DNA of 64,000 bases, taken from positions 67,022,001 to 67,086,000 of the forward strand of contig CM075981.1 in NCBI GenBank assembly GCA_038087875.1. The letters are read 5' to 3'. The notes under the pieces were generated by a model that did not search any database, had not been told where the DNA came from, and saw only the letters and a list, made by a program, of their open reading frames with translations. The DNA is from Malacoraja senta. Its lineage: Eukaryota. Below, piece by piece: positions 1-12,679 of this stretch (position 1 is the first letter of the stretch; every line of letters starts with the position of its first letter). The translations under genes and the position numbers were made by a program.

Positions 1-3000
1 CCTGCATGACATTGCTTCTGTTGTCAGCGGCTTTTCAAGTCAAGAAGTGAAACCAATCAGAAGAAGCAAAAGCAGAACAGAGGGAGAGAAAAAAAAATCA
101 ATCCACTTCCTCCAACCTAAAAGCAGAAAATAATTTAAAGAGACCTCTCGCGTTGTGGCGGTTTAGCAATTTGATCCTTTATAAAGTAAACCATCCAGTT
201 CTCTCTTGAAGTGCAAGGTGATACAAGCTGTAATCAAATAGCAGCCTGTAATTTAGCTGGCATCTCAGCAATAGTGTGAATCATGGCTGTTAGGCCATGG
301 AAAGTAACACCGTCAGTCACACCAGGTTAGTATAACCCTCAGCTCAGAACCAATACTTCATGGCTTCCAATCCTCTAACATTGTATGTGCCAAACCAAGA
401 GACGATGCTAAACTGAGATCCTATCTGCTTTTTGGATTATATGTGGCAAAACTAATCCCTTATTGCCTTTGAAGAGCAGCAGGAGAGTTCACCATGCTTA
501 ATATTCATCCCCTGACCAAAGTCACTACCACAAATGATCTGGTTTTGTCACATTGCTCGTTGCAAGAAAATTAGACATTCTGTTCCTTGCATCACCAGAG
601 CAATTACACTTCAACACACTGCATTAGTTGTTTGGAAAGGAAAGTGAAAGGAGTTTCATAAATTCACAATTTGTCTTTATCAAACCAAGGTCTTGTCTGG
701 ACAAGGCGTATTTTGCTGCACGGGGTAGTCACAGGAGTAAAAAATGTTGATTTGATTATCCAGTGGTCTTATTGTGTCATCCCAGCACTTGCATAAAGAC
801 AGGAGCACGAGTAGGCCTGCTCCAGCATTCAGTAAGATCATAGACAAAAAGTGCTGCAGCAACTCAGCAGGCCAGTCAGCATCTCTGGATCATTAATTGG
901 CCTCTGCAAACTGCCCCTAGTGTGTAGGGAGCAGATGAGAAAGTGGGATAACAGAATTAGTGTGAACGGATAATCAATTGTTGGTGTGGACTCGGTGGGC
1001 CAAAGGGCATGTTCCTCAGCTGTACCTCAGCGCCACTTCATGCAGTAACTCTCATGCTGCCATTTCTTCAATATCTAAAAATGTATTGAGCTCCCTGGAA
1101 TATACTTGGCAACACAGCCTCCACAGCTTTCTTGGGTAGAAAATTCCAAAGGTTCACCATCTCCACATAAAGACATTTCTCCTCATCTCAATCATGGCAG
1201 GTAGCCCCTAATTTTGAGTCAGTGACCTTGGTGCCAGACGCATGATTCAAGGGGTATTTCAGAGAAGGATATTTGCTGTTGTGCTCAAAATGTCTTGTAT
1301 TATTTGCCAACATACCATTTCTATTCTTCAGAACAGAAATTCCTTTCACTCTCCCACATTTAAAAAAAGGTTTTGTTACATTTTTCCCCTCAGTATGGGT
1401 AATACACACACACCCACCGCATTTAGCAAGTCCTTGTCCAATCTTTTAACCCATCCATATATTCCTTAATCTTCGCTGTGTTTTCCTTGAGGCTCATACT
1501 GCCATTTGGCTTTGAATCAGGGGGAAACTTGGTAAACTCTTTGAAGTCAATGATATAGTTTGTGATGAGCCTGGTCCCAGCACTGATCCCAGTTTGACCA
1601 GTTAGAGTGAGGCCTTTTTGCTCAACTCGCTGATGCTAACCAAGTTGCCTAGCCAAGCTAGTCCCAAATGCCTATGCCTTGCCCGGCCCATTTCACTCCA
1701 AACCTTTCCTGTCAATGTACTTGTCTTTGAAATGTCTATTGAATGTTATAATTATACCCATCTCTATCACTTGTTCTCCCAGCCCATTCCATGTACACTA
1801 CTTTTTTACAGACTGAAAATCAACCCTCTACCACCACCTTCTGTCTCCTAACTAAAAACTATATACAATTAGCTTGCTCACCCTGCATTTCATATGATCT
1901 AATCTTCCAGACTACGTGGTACCTTATCAAAGGCCTCGCTGAAGACAATGCAGACAGCGTCTACCATACTGCTTTCATCAATCCTCTTCAAAAAACACAA
2001 TCAACGCCAGTATGTTAGCTTCAGTGCATGTGGTCTAATCTTTTTTTTAATCCACATTTGGCACCATATTAAAGGTCTTCTGAAAATCAAAATACACCAT
2101 TATCAATTGGTTTTCCCTATGTGTTAGAAATTTGAGTCAAGGATCAAGTGTTTTATTGTTATATCTCAGAATGAAAACTGAAATTCTTACTTGCAGCAAC
2201 ACAACTGAATATGTAAACATTGTACACTGTAAACAATATAATAAACGAGAAAAAAAAGTTCAGTGTGTGTTTATATATATACACATACCCACATACATAT
2301 ATATATTATATACATATATATTTTTTTGATTTTGATGAAAATGTGATTTTTGATGTTCCAACTGATTATTTGGAATAATGTTAATTTCTTTCAGCTAGAC
2401 TCAAGACCTGTAAATCCTTCATTATTTTAAGAAGGTTACTACCTTTTTATCCATGTAGACAAGCACAATATTTAATTTTGCCATTATTTCCTTATTCCTC
2501 AAAATATTTCCTCCCGAGTCCAAGTGACTGACATGAATTTTTACTTAGCTTTCCCATATCTATAGAAGCTGTTTCTATTGCTTTCCTTATCAGGATTTTA
2601 GCTCTCCTCAGCAAATCCTGATGCTTATTTGATTTTTGCTGGAAAACTTAGAAGCCTTTTCCTTTGATCAAACACTCACCACTTTAACTTTCCTTGAAAG
2701 CTGATGATGGACAACTTTCATTGTTTGCCTTAAAATGGATCTACACTGTTAACTATGTAATAATTTATTATGTTAATTATTTGGGGCTTACTTTTTAATG
2801 TCTCCCAATCTACCATAGCCAGGTCATATCTCTGCTCTGCATACTTTAATTCAAATTTAATATCCTACTTTCAGACTGAATTAACTCATTTCAATCTTTA
2901 CATAAATAATTCTCATAATTGTGATTGTACCTGTGTTTTATCCAAAGGAAGCATAGGATGGTAGGATAGCGCATACACAACCTCATTGTCTGATCCATAG

Positions 3001-4121
3001 TATTTATTTGCGATTGCCACAAACACACACATTCACCACCACAGCACAATATTCCACACTGTTCCCGTTTAGCTCCTCTCGTTTACAGTCTCCATCTCCT
3101 GTCCACAGTTTATGTACACTCAAAGGCTTAGTGCCCAGTCCTTCCCCACTGTTCACTGTCAGGAAAGTGCCTAGCGCTGCCACCCCTGCTCATACTCGTC
3201 CCTCACTCTTCCGCTCACTTTGGCCTCACTCCCCTGCTCACACTTGGCTCTCGCTGCCACCGCTCACACTCAGCCCTCACTGACCCCGCTCACACTAGGC
3301 CCTTGCTACCTCTCTTCACACTTGACCCTCGCTGCCTCCAACTCACACTCAACCCTCGTTGCCACCTTCTTACACTCGGCCCTCACTGACCCCGCTCACA
3401 TGCAACCCTCGCCGTCACCTCCATACATTCGGTCCTCTCAGCCCCCTGTTCATGCTTAGCTCTTGCTGCCCTCCGCTCACACCCTCAGTCCTCACCACCC
3501 AGCTAAACAAACCCCACAGTCCTTTCACTGACTGGATAGCACACAACAAAAAGCTCTTCACTGTACCTCGGTACACTTGACAATAATAAACTAAACGAAC
3601 GTGAACCACAATTCCCTGTCACATCAGGAACACCCTATCACACCAGATCTCCTCACACCCGGAACTCCCTATCACATCAGGATCTCTCTGTCACACTCGA
3701 TGCTCCCTGTCACACTCGATGTTCCCTGTCACACCCGGAGCTCCCTGTCACACTCGATGCTCCCTGTCACACTTGATGCTCCCTGTCACACTCGATGCTC
3801 TGTCACACTCGATGCTCCCTGTCACACCAGGAGCTCCCTGTCACACTCGATGCTCCCTGTCACACTCGATGCTCCCTGTCACACCAGGAGCTCCCTGTCA
3901 CACCAGGAGCTCCCTGTCACACTTGATGCTCCCTGTCACACCAGGAGCTCCCTGTCACACTCGATGCTCCCTGTCACACTCGATGCTCCCTGTCACACTC
4001 GATGCTCCCTGTCACACTCGATGCTCCCTGTCACACCAGGAGCTCCCTGTCACACTCGATGCTCCCTGTCACACTCGATGCTCCCTGTCACACTCGATGC
4101 TCCGTCACACTCGATGCTCCC
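1..4121 (+). repeat. Near-identical duplicate of 7451-~11600 (offset 7450)
   Basis: About a dozen SNPs/indels over ~3.7 kb of non-satellite sequence; duplicated ORF pairs in the ORF track. Confidence 0.97.
3612..4121. repeat. Same 19-bp minisatellite, second copy truncated at the gap
   Basis: Same units, running into the N gap. Confidence 0.97.
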
Positions 4122-4321
4122 NNNNNNNNNNNNNNNNNNNNNNNNNNNNNNNNNNNNNNNNNNNNNNNNNNNNNNNNNNNNNNNNNNNNNNNNNNNNNNN
4201 NNNNNNNNNNNNNNNNNNNNNNNNNNNNNNNNNNNNNNNNNNNNNNNNNNNNNNNNNNNNNNNNNNNNNNNNNNNNNNNNNNNNNNNNNNNNNNNNNNNN
4301 NNNNNNNNNNNNNNNNNNNNN
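4122..4321. other. Assembly gap, 200 N
   Basis: Run of exactly 200 N. Confidence 1.
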
Positions 4322-4482
4322 GTTTTACTTTCATAACTGTTTGCTATACCTTTATGTTAATTTTCAGTGACTTGTGTACGAGAATACCCAGTTCCCTCTC
4401 TCACCATTAAAAAAATACTTTAAAAGAAGAAAGACACAAAATGCTGGAGTAAATCAGGCAACATCTCTGGATAGAAGGAATG

Positions 4483-4516
4483 GGTGACGTTTCAGGTAGA
4501 GACCCGTCTTCAGACC
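4483..4516 (-). ncRNA. Minimal type I hammerhead ribozyme motif in a Penelope-derived terminal repeat
   Basis: Minus strand reads GGU CUGAAGA C GGGU-CUCU-ACCU GAAA CGUC ACC: all core nucleotides present, 4-bp stem II, palindromic ACGU stem III, 3-bp stem I. Confidence 0.65.
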
Positions 4517-6033
4517 TGTTAAAACATTTTTTTTTAAACTCTTAGCAGATTTATATTTTTACTCTCATATCACTGCTTATTTCTTATCAATACCAGCCTT
4601 CCTTTCCAGAATTCTGAAGTTTTACAAATCCTCAGGTATACTGTTTTTTTTGGGCACCATTGATTTGATCTAATTCCATCCATAACTTGCAATGACAACC
4701 ATAGCTAGACTTATTTTCCTGTTGTCCTTTTTGGGTTCAAGAGGGGGACTTGTAACTCCATGCATTTATCACTTAAAAGTTCGTAATGAGTGGTTTGCTG
4801 TCACGCCTTTTATGGTAGATTCCCGCTTTACCCGAAAAGTAACCAATTCCTTTACTCCAGAGATGCTGCCTGTCCCGCTGAGTTACTCCAGCTGCTTGTG
4901 TCTATCTTCGGTTTAAACCAGCATCTGCAGTTCCTTCTTACAAAAAACGAATCCCGTTCCTTTGTAATTTGCTTTATTCAGACTCAAGACCCTGGTCTCA
5001 GCATGAACTAAATCATTTTCAATTTATACGTAAACTTGTCATAATTTCATTACGATTACAGTTCCTTAAGTCTCCTGAACTAATATATCAGCAATAAACC
5101 CTTTTTCATTAAATAATATCAGATCCAAAATACCCCATAAACTAAAGTAACTCATCAACATCCAGATCAAGAAAACCATCTCAAACACTCCATTAATTCA
5201 TCATCCATGCTATTACTGTTGCCCAGCCTATATATAATAATAATAATACATTTATTTTTTTATTTTATTTTTTATATAGCGCTAAGATTTCCCGATTTAT
5301 ACTATGCCATTCATTACCACTGGTGTTTAGGGACTGTAGACAATTCCCATTAATATGTCCTGCGTTTTGCTGTTCCTCAGCGCCACTTAAACTGATTCTA
5401 CGAATTAGTTCTCCACGCTAGGTTCCTTCCTTTCCACTGCTTCATTCTTTGGTATCTGGAGTACTCAACTTCCTTTCCATTTTTTATACCTATGCTAAAA
5501 GTTAGGTTTTCTGGAATTACAGGTCACTTCATGGCTGTTAGACCCTACCTATTTATTTCTACACGTGACATTTATTCACCCATCTTATTACTAATTCTGC
5601 ACAAAGCAACCCGTACTACGCACTCTGATCGCAGCTTACTAATCAGGAGAACTGTGTGCCTCCCAATTATGCCGAGCCTTGGAGAGTGAACACCATGAGT
5701 GGGCTTCACTTCTTCAAAGTACACACACCTCCATATTGCTAATGCCCCACCACACCCGCTATTTCCTATCTTATCCCATTTTCCCTTTCCTAATCTCTCT
5801 CCTTGACAATCCTGCCTTCTCTTCATCCTCTTAATCTCACTCTTTCCCCGCATCCTAATTATTTTCCTATCCAGTTCAATCGTCCTCCCCAGCCTTCAAT
5901 CCCCATCCTGATTTCCTCTCAAAAAACCTGTTCCTTCTCTCTGATCTTTTTCTAATATCCCCCCCTTCATATTTACTCTGCTATTCCTGCCTCTCTGTCT
6001 TCCAAATTCCCTCCCCAACCCATGAAACGTTAC

Positions 6034-6285
6034 CTAAAGTCAGGATCAGCCCATTCCGGCCCAGCCTTGACAACCTCTGCCGTGTAGTCCACCGGATAAT
6101 ATTCTGCCCACTCTCTGCTCCACCTGACTTTATCACTGTGGACAGGGAACCGCTTGACCTGTGACCCTGGGTAGGGCGAGCTTCGTGCTTTGATGTGAAT
6201 CATCGGTGACCCTGTATCGCAAAGCATGATGGGACACACAGGGTAACGTTCAGGTAGACACCAACTGGACTGGAGGAGACTGGTG
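6034..6285 (-). CDS. NUDT9: NUDT9 (Nudix ADP-ribose pyrophosphatase) coding exon, N-terminal domain
   Basis: HIKARSSPYPGSQVKRFPVHSDKVRWSREWAEYYPVDYTAEVVKAGPEWADPD resembles human NUDT9 [52 protein letters not shown] (from memory); acceptor tatttcag|6285, donor AG|GTAACG at 6034/6033. Confidence 0.9.
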
Positions 6286-6385
6286 CTGAAATAGACAACA
6301 TTACCATTAGGAGTTTGCTTCCTCAGGATTTCTGCCATTCACAACCAATTCTCTTCATTGTTTATATACATACTACACATTACGA

Positions 6386-6710
6386 GGATGGGCCTGAGCT
6401 ACGGGGAAAGGTTGGGCGTGATGGGAATAAACAGGGTAAATGCCCCTAGGGGAGGGGAATTAAAAACCAGAGGACATAGGTTTAAGGTGAGAGAGGAACT
6501 TTTTCCACACAGAGGGAGGAATGTGCTACCAGAGAAGGTAGTTGAAGCAGGTACTATAACAGCATTTAAAAGACACTTGGACAGGTACATTGAAATGGAA
6601 AGATTGAGGGATATGAGCCAAACTGGGGCAAATGTAATGAATTTAAGTGGGGCATCAGTCGGCATGGACGAATTGGGCGAAATGGCCTACTTCTGAGCTA
6701 TATGACTATT
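6386..6710 (+). mobile_element. CR1-type LINE 3' fragment
   Basis: GLSYGERL...KTRGHRFKVR...LPEKVVEAGTITAFKRHLDRY, typical of the CR1 ORF2 C-terminus. Confidence 0.85.
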
Positions 6711-6808
6711 TCATAAACTATGCTACTGGCTGCGACATGTTTTAGGAACAATCTGGATTCGGAAAATCACAACATAAATGTAAATCTGTGCCTTATTATT
6801 TTACACCT

Positions 6809-7110
6809 TTTAGTATTTAGAGATACAGTGTGGAAACAGGACCTTCAGCCCATCGAGTCCATGCTGACCAGCGATCACCCCACACACGAGCACTACACAC
6901 TAAGGACAATTTACAATTTTACCAAAGTCAATTAACCTACAAACCTGCACGTCTTTGCGGTGTGGGAGGAAACCAGAGCACCCGGAGAAAATCCACGCGG
7001 TCATAGGGAGAATGTACAAACTCTGTACAGACAGCAACCGTAGTAAGGATTGAACCTGGGTCTCTGGTGCTGTAAGGCAGTAGCTCTACCGCTGTGCCAT
7101 TGTGCCACCC
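6809..7110 (-). mobile_element. tRNA-derived V-SINE (HE1-like)
   Basis: Reverse complement of the SINE at 24137. Confidence 0.85.
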
Positions 7111-10100
7111 TTACATTCCAGAGGCTTTTAGTCTGTTAAATTATCAACATATTCCCAGCATTACTTTTATCACTCATGCACCCCTAATTGCAACCTTCCA
7201 TACCACACCCATTCTTGTCTTTCTCTCCGACTGCTCAATATTCACACTGCATTTCTTACAACTGACATTTCCTCTGATTACTTGCCTATTTTAATCGGCA
7301 GTCTACTGCTCCACCCTGATCTTCATGGATCGAGAGGCTGCCAGCAATTGATCTCCGTGGCTGCTCTTAGTATCCAAAAGCTATACTGCATCACAGCAAC
7401 CTGTCCTGTGTAATTAATGATCTCTTGTTAACTGGTAGACATGACTAATCCCTGCATGACATTGCTTCTGTTGTCAGCGGCTTTTCAAGTCAAGAAGTGA
7501 AACCAATCAGAAGAAGCAAAAGCAGAACAGAGGGAGAGAAAAAAAAATCAATCCACTTCCTCCAACCTAAAAGCAGAAAATAATTTAAAGAGACCTCTCG
7601 CGTTGTGGCGGTTTAGCAATTTGATCCTTTATAAAGTAAACCATCCAGTTCTCTCTTGAAGTGCAAGGTGATACAAGCTGTAATCAAATAGCAGCCTGTA
7701 ATTTAGCTGGCATCTCAGCAATAGTGTGAATCATGGCTGTTAGGCCATGGAAAGTAACACCGTCAGTCACACCAGGTTAGTATAACCCTCAGCTCAGAAC
7801 CAATACTTCATGGCTTCCAATCCTCTAACATTGTATGTGCCAAACCAAGAGACGATGCTAAACTGAGATCCTATCTGCTTTTTGGATTATATGTGGCAAA
7901 ACTAATCCCTTATTGCCTTTGAAGAGCAGCAGGAGAGTTCACCATGCTTAATATTCATCCCCTGACCAAAGTCACTACCACAAATGATCTGGTTTTGTCA
8001 CATTGCTCGTTGCAAGAAAATTAGACATTCTGTTCCTTGCATCACCAGAGCAATTACACTTCAACACACTGCATTAGTTGTTTGGAAAGGAAAGTGAAAG
8101 GAGTTTCATAAATTCACAATTTGTCTTTATCAAACCAAGGTCTTGTCTGGACAAGGCGTATTTTGCTGCACGGGGTAGTCACAGGAGTAAAAAATGTTGA
8201 TTTGATTATCCAGTGGTCTTATTGTGTCATCCCAGCACTTGCATAAAGACAGGAGCACGAGTAGGCCTGCTCCAGCATTCAGTAAGATCATAGACAAAAA
8301 GTGCTGCAGCAACTCAGCAGGCCAGTCAGCATCTCTGGATCATTAATTGGCCTCTGCAAACTGCCCCTAGTGTGTAGGGAGCAGATGAGAAAGTGGGATA
8401 ACAGAATTAGTGTGAACGGATAATCAATTGTTGGTGTGGACTCGGTGGGCCAAAGGGCATGTTCCTCAGCTGTACCTCAGCGCCACTTCATGCAGTAACT
8501 CTCATGCTGCCATTTCTTCAATATCTAAAAATGTATTGAGCTCCCTGGAATATACTTGGCAACACAGCCTCCACAGCTTTCTTGGGTAGAAAATTCCAAA
8601 GGTTCACCATCTCCACATAAAGACATTTCTCCTCATCTCAATCATGGCAGGTAGCCCCTAATTTTGAGTCAGTGACCTTGGTGCCAGACGCATGATTCAA
8701 GGGGTATTTCAGAGAAGGATATTTGCTGTTGTGCTCAAAATGTCTTGTATTATTTGCCAACATACCATTTCTATTCTTCAGAACAGAAATTCCTTTCACT
8801 CTCCCACATTTTAAAAAAGGTTTCGATACATTTTTCCCCTCAGTATGGGTAATACACACACACCCACCGCATTTAGCAAGTCCTTGTCCAATCTTTTAAC
8901 CCATCCATATATTCCTTAATCTTCGCTGTGTTTTCCTTGAGGCTCATACTGCCATTTGGCTTTGAATTAGGGGGAAACTTGGTAAACTCTTTGAAGTCAA
9001 TGATATAGTTTGTGATGAGCCTGGTCCCAGCACTGATCCCAGTTTGACCAGTTAGAGTGAGGCCTTTTTGCTCAACTCGCTGATGCTAACCAAGTTGCCT
9101 AGCCAAGCTAGTCCCAAATGCCTATGCCTTGCCCGGCCCATTTCACTCCAAACCTTTCCTGTCAATGTACTTGTCTTTGAAATGTCTATTGAATGTTATA
9201 ATTATACCCATCTCTATCACTTGTTCTCCCAGCCCATTCCATGTACACTACTTTTTTACAGACTGAAAATCAACCCTCTACCACCACCTTCTGTCTCCTA
9301 ACTAAAAACTATATACAATTAGCTTGCTCACCCTGCATTTCATATGATCTAATCTTCCAGACTACGTGGTACCTTATCAAAGGCCTCGCTGAAGACAATG
9401 CAGACAGCGTCTACCATACTGCTTTCATCAATCCTCTTCAAAAAACACAATCAACGCCAGTATGTTAGCTTCAGTGCATGTGGTCTAATCTTTTTTTTAA
9501 TCCACATTTGGCACCATATTAAAGGTCTTCTGAAAATCAAAATACACCATTATCAATTGGTTTTCCCTATGTGTTAGAAATTTGAGTCAAGGATCAAGTG
9601 TTTTATTGTTATATCTCAGAATGAAAACTGAAATTCTTACTTGCAGCAACACAACTGAATATGTAAACATTGTACACTGTAAACAATATAATAAACGAGA
9701 AAAAAAAGTTCAGTGTGTGTTTATATATATACACATACCCACATACATATATATATTATATACATATATATTTTTTTGATTTTGATGAAAATGTGATTTT
9801 TGATGTTCCAACTGATTATTTGGAATAATGTTAATTTCTTTCAGCTAGACTCAAGACCTGTAAATCCTTCATTATTTTAAGAAGGTTACTACCTTTTTAT
9901 CCATGTAGACAAGCACAATATTTAATTTTGCCATTATTTCCTTATTCCTCAAAATATTTCCTCCCGAGTCCAAGTGACTGACATGAATTTTTACTTAGCT
10001 TTCCCATATCTATAGAAGCTGTTTCTATTGCTTTCCTTATCAGGATTTTAGCTCTCCTCAGCAAATCCTGATGCTTATTTGATTTTTGCTGGAAAACTTA

Positions 10101-10629
10101 GAAGCCTTTTCCTTTGATCAAACACTCACCACTTTAACTTTCCTTGAAAGCTGATGATGGACGACTTTCATTGTTTGCCTTAAAATGGATCTACACTGTT
10201 AACTATGTAATAATTTATTATGTTAATTATTTGGGGCTTACTTTTTAATGTCTCCCAATCTACCATAGCCAGGTCATATCTCTGCTCTGCATACTTTAAT
10301 TCAAATTTAATATCCTACTTTCAGACTGAATTAACTCATTTCAATCTTTACATAAATAATTCTCATAATTGTGATTGTACCTGTGTTTTATCCAAAGGAA
10401 GCATAGGATGGTAGGATAGCGCATACACAACCTCATTGTCTGATCCATAGTATTTATTTGCGATTGCCACAAACACACACATTCACCACCACAGCACAAT
10501 ATTCCACACTGTTCCCGTTTAGCTCCTCTCGTTTACAGTCTCCATCTCCTGTCCACAGTTTAATGTACACTCAAAGGCTTAGTGCCCAGTCCTTCCCCAC
10601 TGTTCACTGTCAGGAAAGTGCCTAGCGCT

Positions 10630-10950
10630 GCCGCCCCTGCTCATACTCGTCCCTCACTCTTCCGCTCACACTTTGGCCTCACTCCCCTGCTCACACTTGG
10701 CCCTCGCTGCCACCGCTCACACTCAGCCCTCACTGACCCCGCTCACACTAGGCCCTTGCTACCTCTCTTCACACTTGACCCTCGCTGCCTCCAACTTACA
10801 CTCAACCCTCGTTGCCACCTTCTTACACTCGGCCCTCACTGACCCCGCTCACATGCAACCCTCGCCGTCACCTTCATACATTCGGTCCTCTCAGCCCCCT
10901 GTTCATGCTTAGCTCTTGCTGCCCTCCGCTCACACACTCAGTCCTCACCA
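10630..10950. repeat. Degenerate ~26-bp minisatellite (duplicate at ~3180-3500)
   Basis: Units like GCTCACACTCAGCCCTCACTGACCCC repeated with divergence. Confidence 0.75.
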
Positions 10951-11064
10951 CCCAGCTAAACAAACCCCACAGTCCTTTCACTGACTGGATAGCACACAAC
11001 AAAAAGCTCTTCACTGTACCTCGGTACACTTGACAATAATAAACTAAACGAACGTGAACCACAA

Positions 11065-12413
11065 TTCCCTGTCACATCAGGAACACCCTATCACACCAGA
11101 TCTCCTCACACCCGGAACTCCCTATCACATCAGGATCTCTCTGTCACACTCGATGCTCCCTGTCACACTCGATGTTCCCTGTCACACCCGGAGCTCCCTG
11201 TCACACTCGATGCTCCCTGTCACACTTGATGCTCCCTGTCACACTTGATGCTCCCTGTCACACTCGATGCTCTCTGTCACACTCGATGCTCCCTGTCACA
11301 CCAGGAGCTCCCTGTCACACTCGATGCTCCCTGTCACACTCGATGCTCCCTGTCACACCAGGAGCTCCCTGTCACACCAGGAGCTCCCTGTCACACTTGA
11401 TGCTCCCTGTCACACCAGGAGCTCCCTGTCACACTCGATGCTCCGTCACACTCGATGCTCCCTGTCACACTCGATGCTCCCTGTCACACTCGATGCTCCC
11501 TGTCACACCAGGGGCTCCCTGTCACACTCGATGCTCCCTGTCACACTCGATGCTCCCTGTCACACTCGATGCTCCGTCACACTCGATGCTCCCTGTCACA
11601 CTAGGAGCTCCCTGTCACACTCGATGCTCTCTGTCACTCGATGCTCTCTGTCACACTCGATGCTCTCTGTCACACACCGAGCTCTCTGTCACACTCGATG
11701 CTCCCTGTCACACTCGATGCTCCCTGTCACACTCGATGCTCCCTGTCACACTAGGAGCTCACTGTCACACTCGATGCTCCCTGTCACACTCGATGCTCCC
11801 TGTCACACTCGATGCTCCCTGTCACACCCGGAGCTCTCTGTCACACTCGATGCTCCCTGTCACACTCGATGCTCCCTGTCACACTCGATGCTCCCTGTCA
11901 CACTCGATGCTCCCTGTCACACTAGGAGCTCCCTGTCACACTCGATGCTCCCTGTCACACTAGGAGCTCCCTGTCACACTCGATGCTCCCTGTCACACTC
12001 GATGCTCCCTGTCACACCAGGAGCTCCCTGTCACACTCGATGCTCCCTGTCACACTAGGAGCTCCCTGTCACACTCGATGCTCCGTCACACTAGGAGCTC
12101 CATGTCACACTCGATGTTCCCTGTCACACTCGATGCTCCCTGTCACACCAGGAGCTCCCTGTCACACTCGATGCTCCCTGTCACACTAGGAGCTCCCTGT
12201 CACACTCGATGCTCCCTGTCACACCAGGAGCTCCCTGTCACACTCGATGCTCCCTGTCACACTAGGAGCTCCCTGTCACACTCGATGCTCCGTCACACTA
12301 GGAGCTCCCTGTCACACTCGATGTTCCCTGTCACACTCGATGCTCCCTGTCACACCAGGAGCTCCCTGTCACACTCGATGCTCCCTGTCACACTAGGAGC
12401 TCCCTGTCACACC
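11065..12413. repeat. 19-bp minisatellite, ~70 units
   Basis: Unit CTCCCTGTCACACTCGATG with variants ...CACCAGGAG, ...CACTAGGAG and 17-bp CTCCGTCACACTCGATG. Confidence 0.97.
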
Positions 12414-12416
12414 CAC

Positions 12417-12460
12417 CGTCCGCCTCTTCCTTGAACAGTGACGTCAGCGACGCCCCGCGC
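12417..12460 (-). other. NUDT9: Putative NUDT9 non-coding first exon (5' end approximate)
   Basis: Minus-strand donor ACG|GTGGGT at 12417/12416 at the edge of the CpG block, facing the NUDT9 exon. Confidence 0.45.
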
Positions 12461-12499
12461 TGCAGGGGGATGCACCAATCAGGACGCGGAGTGACGTGG

Positions 12500-12679
12500 T
12501 GATGCGGTTCCTCGGTCCGCGGCGAACGTGCTCCGGACGGGGAGGCGGGTCCGGGGGAAGGGATTCAGCGCCGGACCGCTGTGTGACCGGGAGCCGGGGG
12601 AAGGGATTCAGCGCCGGACCGCTGTGTGACCGGGAGCCGGCGGTCTCCGTGGAAACGGCCCCATTCTCATCGGGTCCAG
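12500..12679 (+). other. INTS1: Putative INTS1 non-coding exon 1 (start approximate)
   Basis: Lies in the CpG-rich block; donor CAG|GTAGGG at 12679/12680; exon 2 has an acceptor upstream of its ATG, so an upstream exon is required. Confidence 0.6.
12551..12640 (+). repeat. Perfect 43-bp tandem duplication (2.1 copies)
   Basis: CCGGGGGAAGGGATTCAGCGCCGGACCGCTGTGTGACCGGGAG at 12551 and 12594. Confidence 0.95.

Noticed and set aside
6034-6285. TRPM2 NUDT9-homology domain
   Set aside because: The AGPxWADP and KARxSPYPGS motifs and the position near a promoter fit NUDT9 itself; no channel exons upstream
11065-12413. CRISPR-like regular array
   Set aside because: Head-to-tail units with no unique spacers, in a vertebrate gene context
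11054-12434. Long repetitive ORFs (PCHTRCSLSHSMLPVTLDA)n, also at 3601-4410
   Set aside because: Translation of a stop-poor 19-bp minisatellite in several frames; no splice or homology support
12475-12499. Canonical ERSE (CCAAT-N9-CCACG)
   Set aside because: Spacing and orientation do not fit; only the separate CCAAT and TGACGTGG motifs are present
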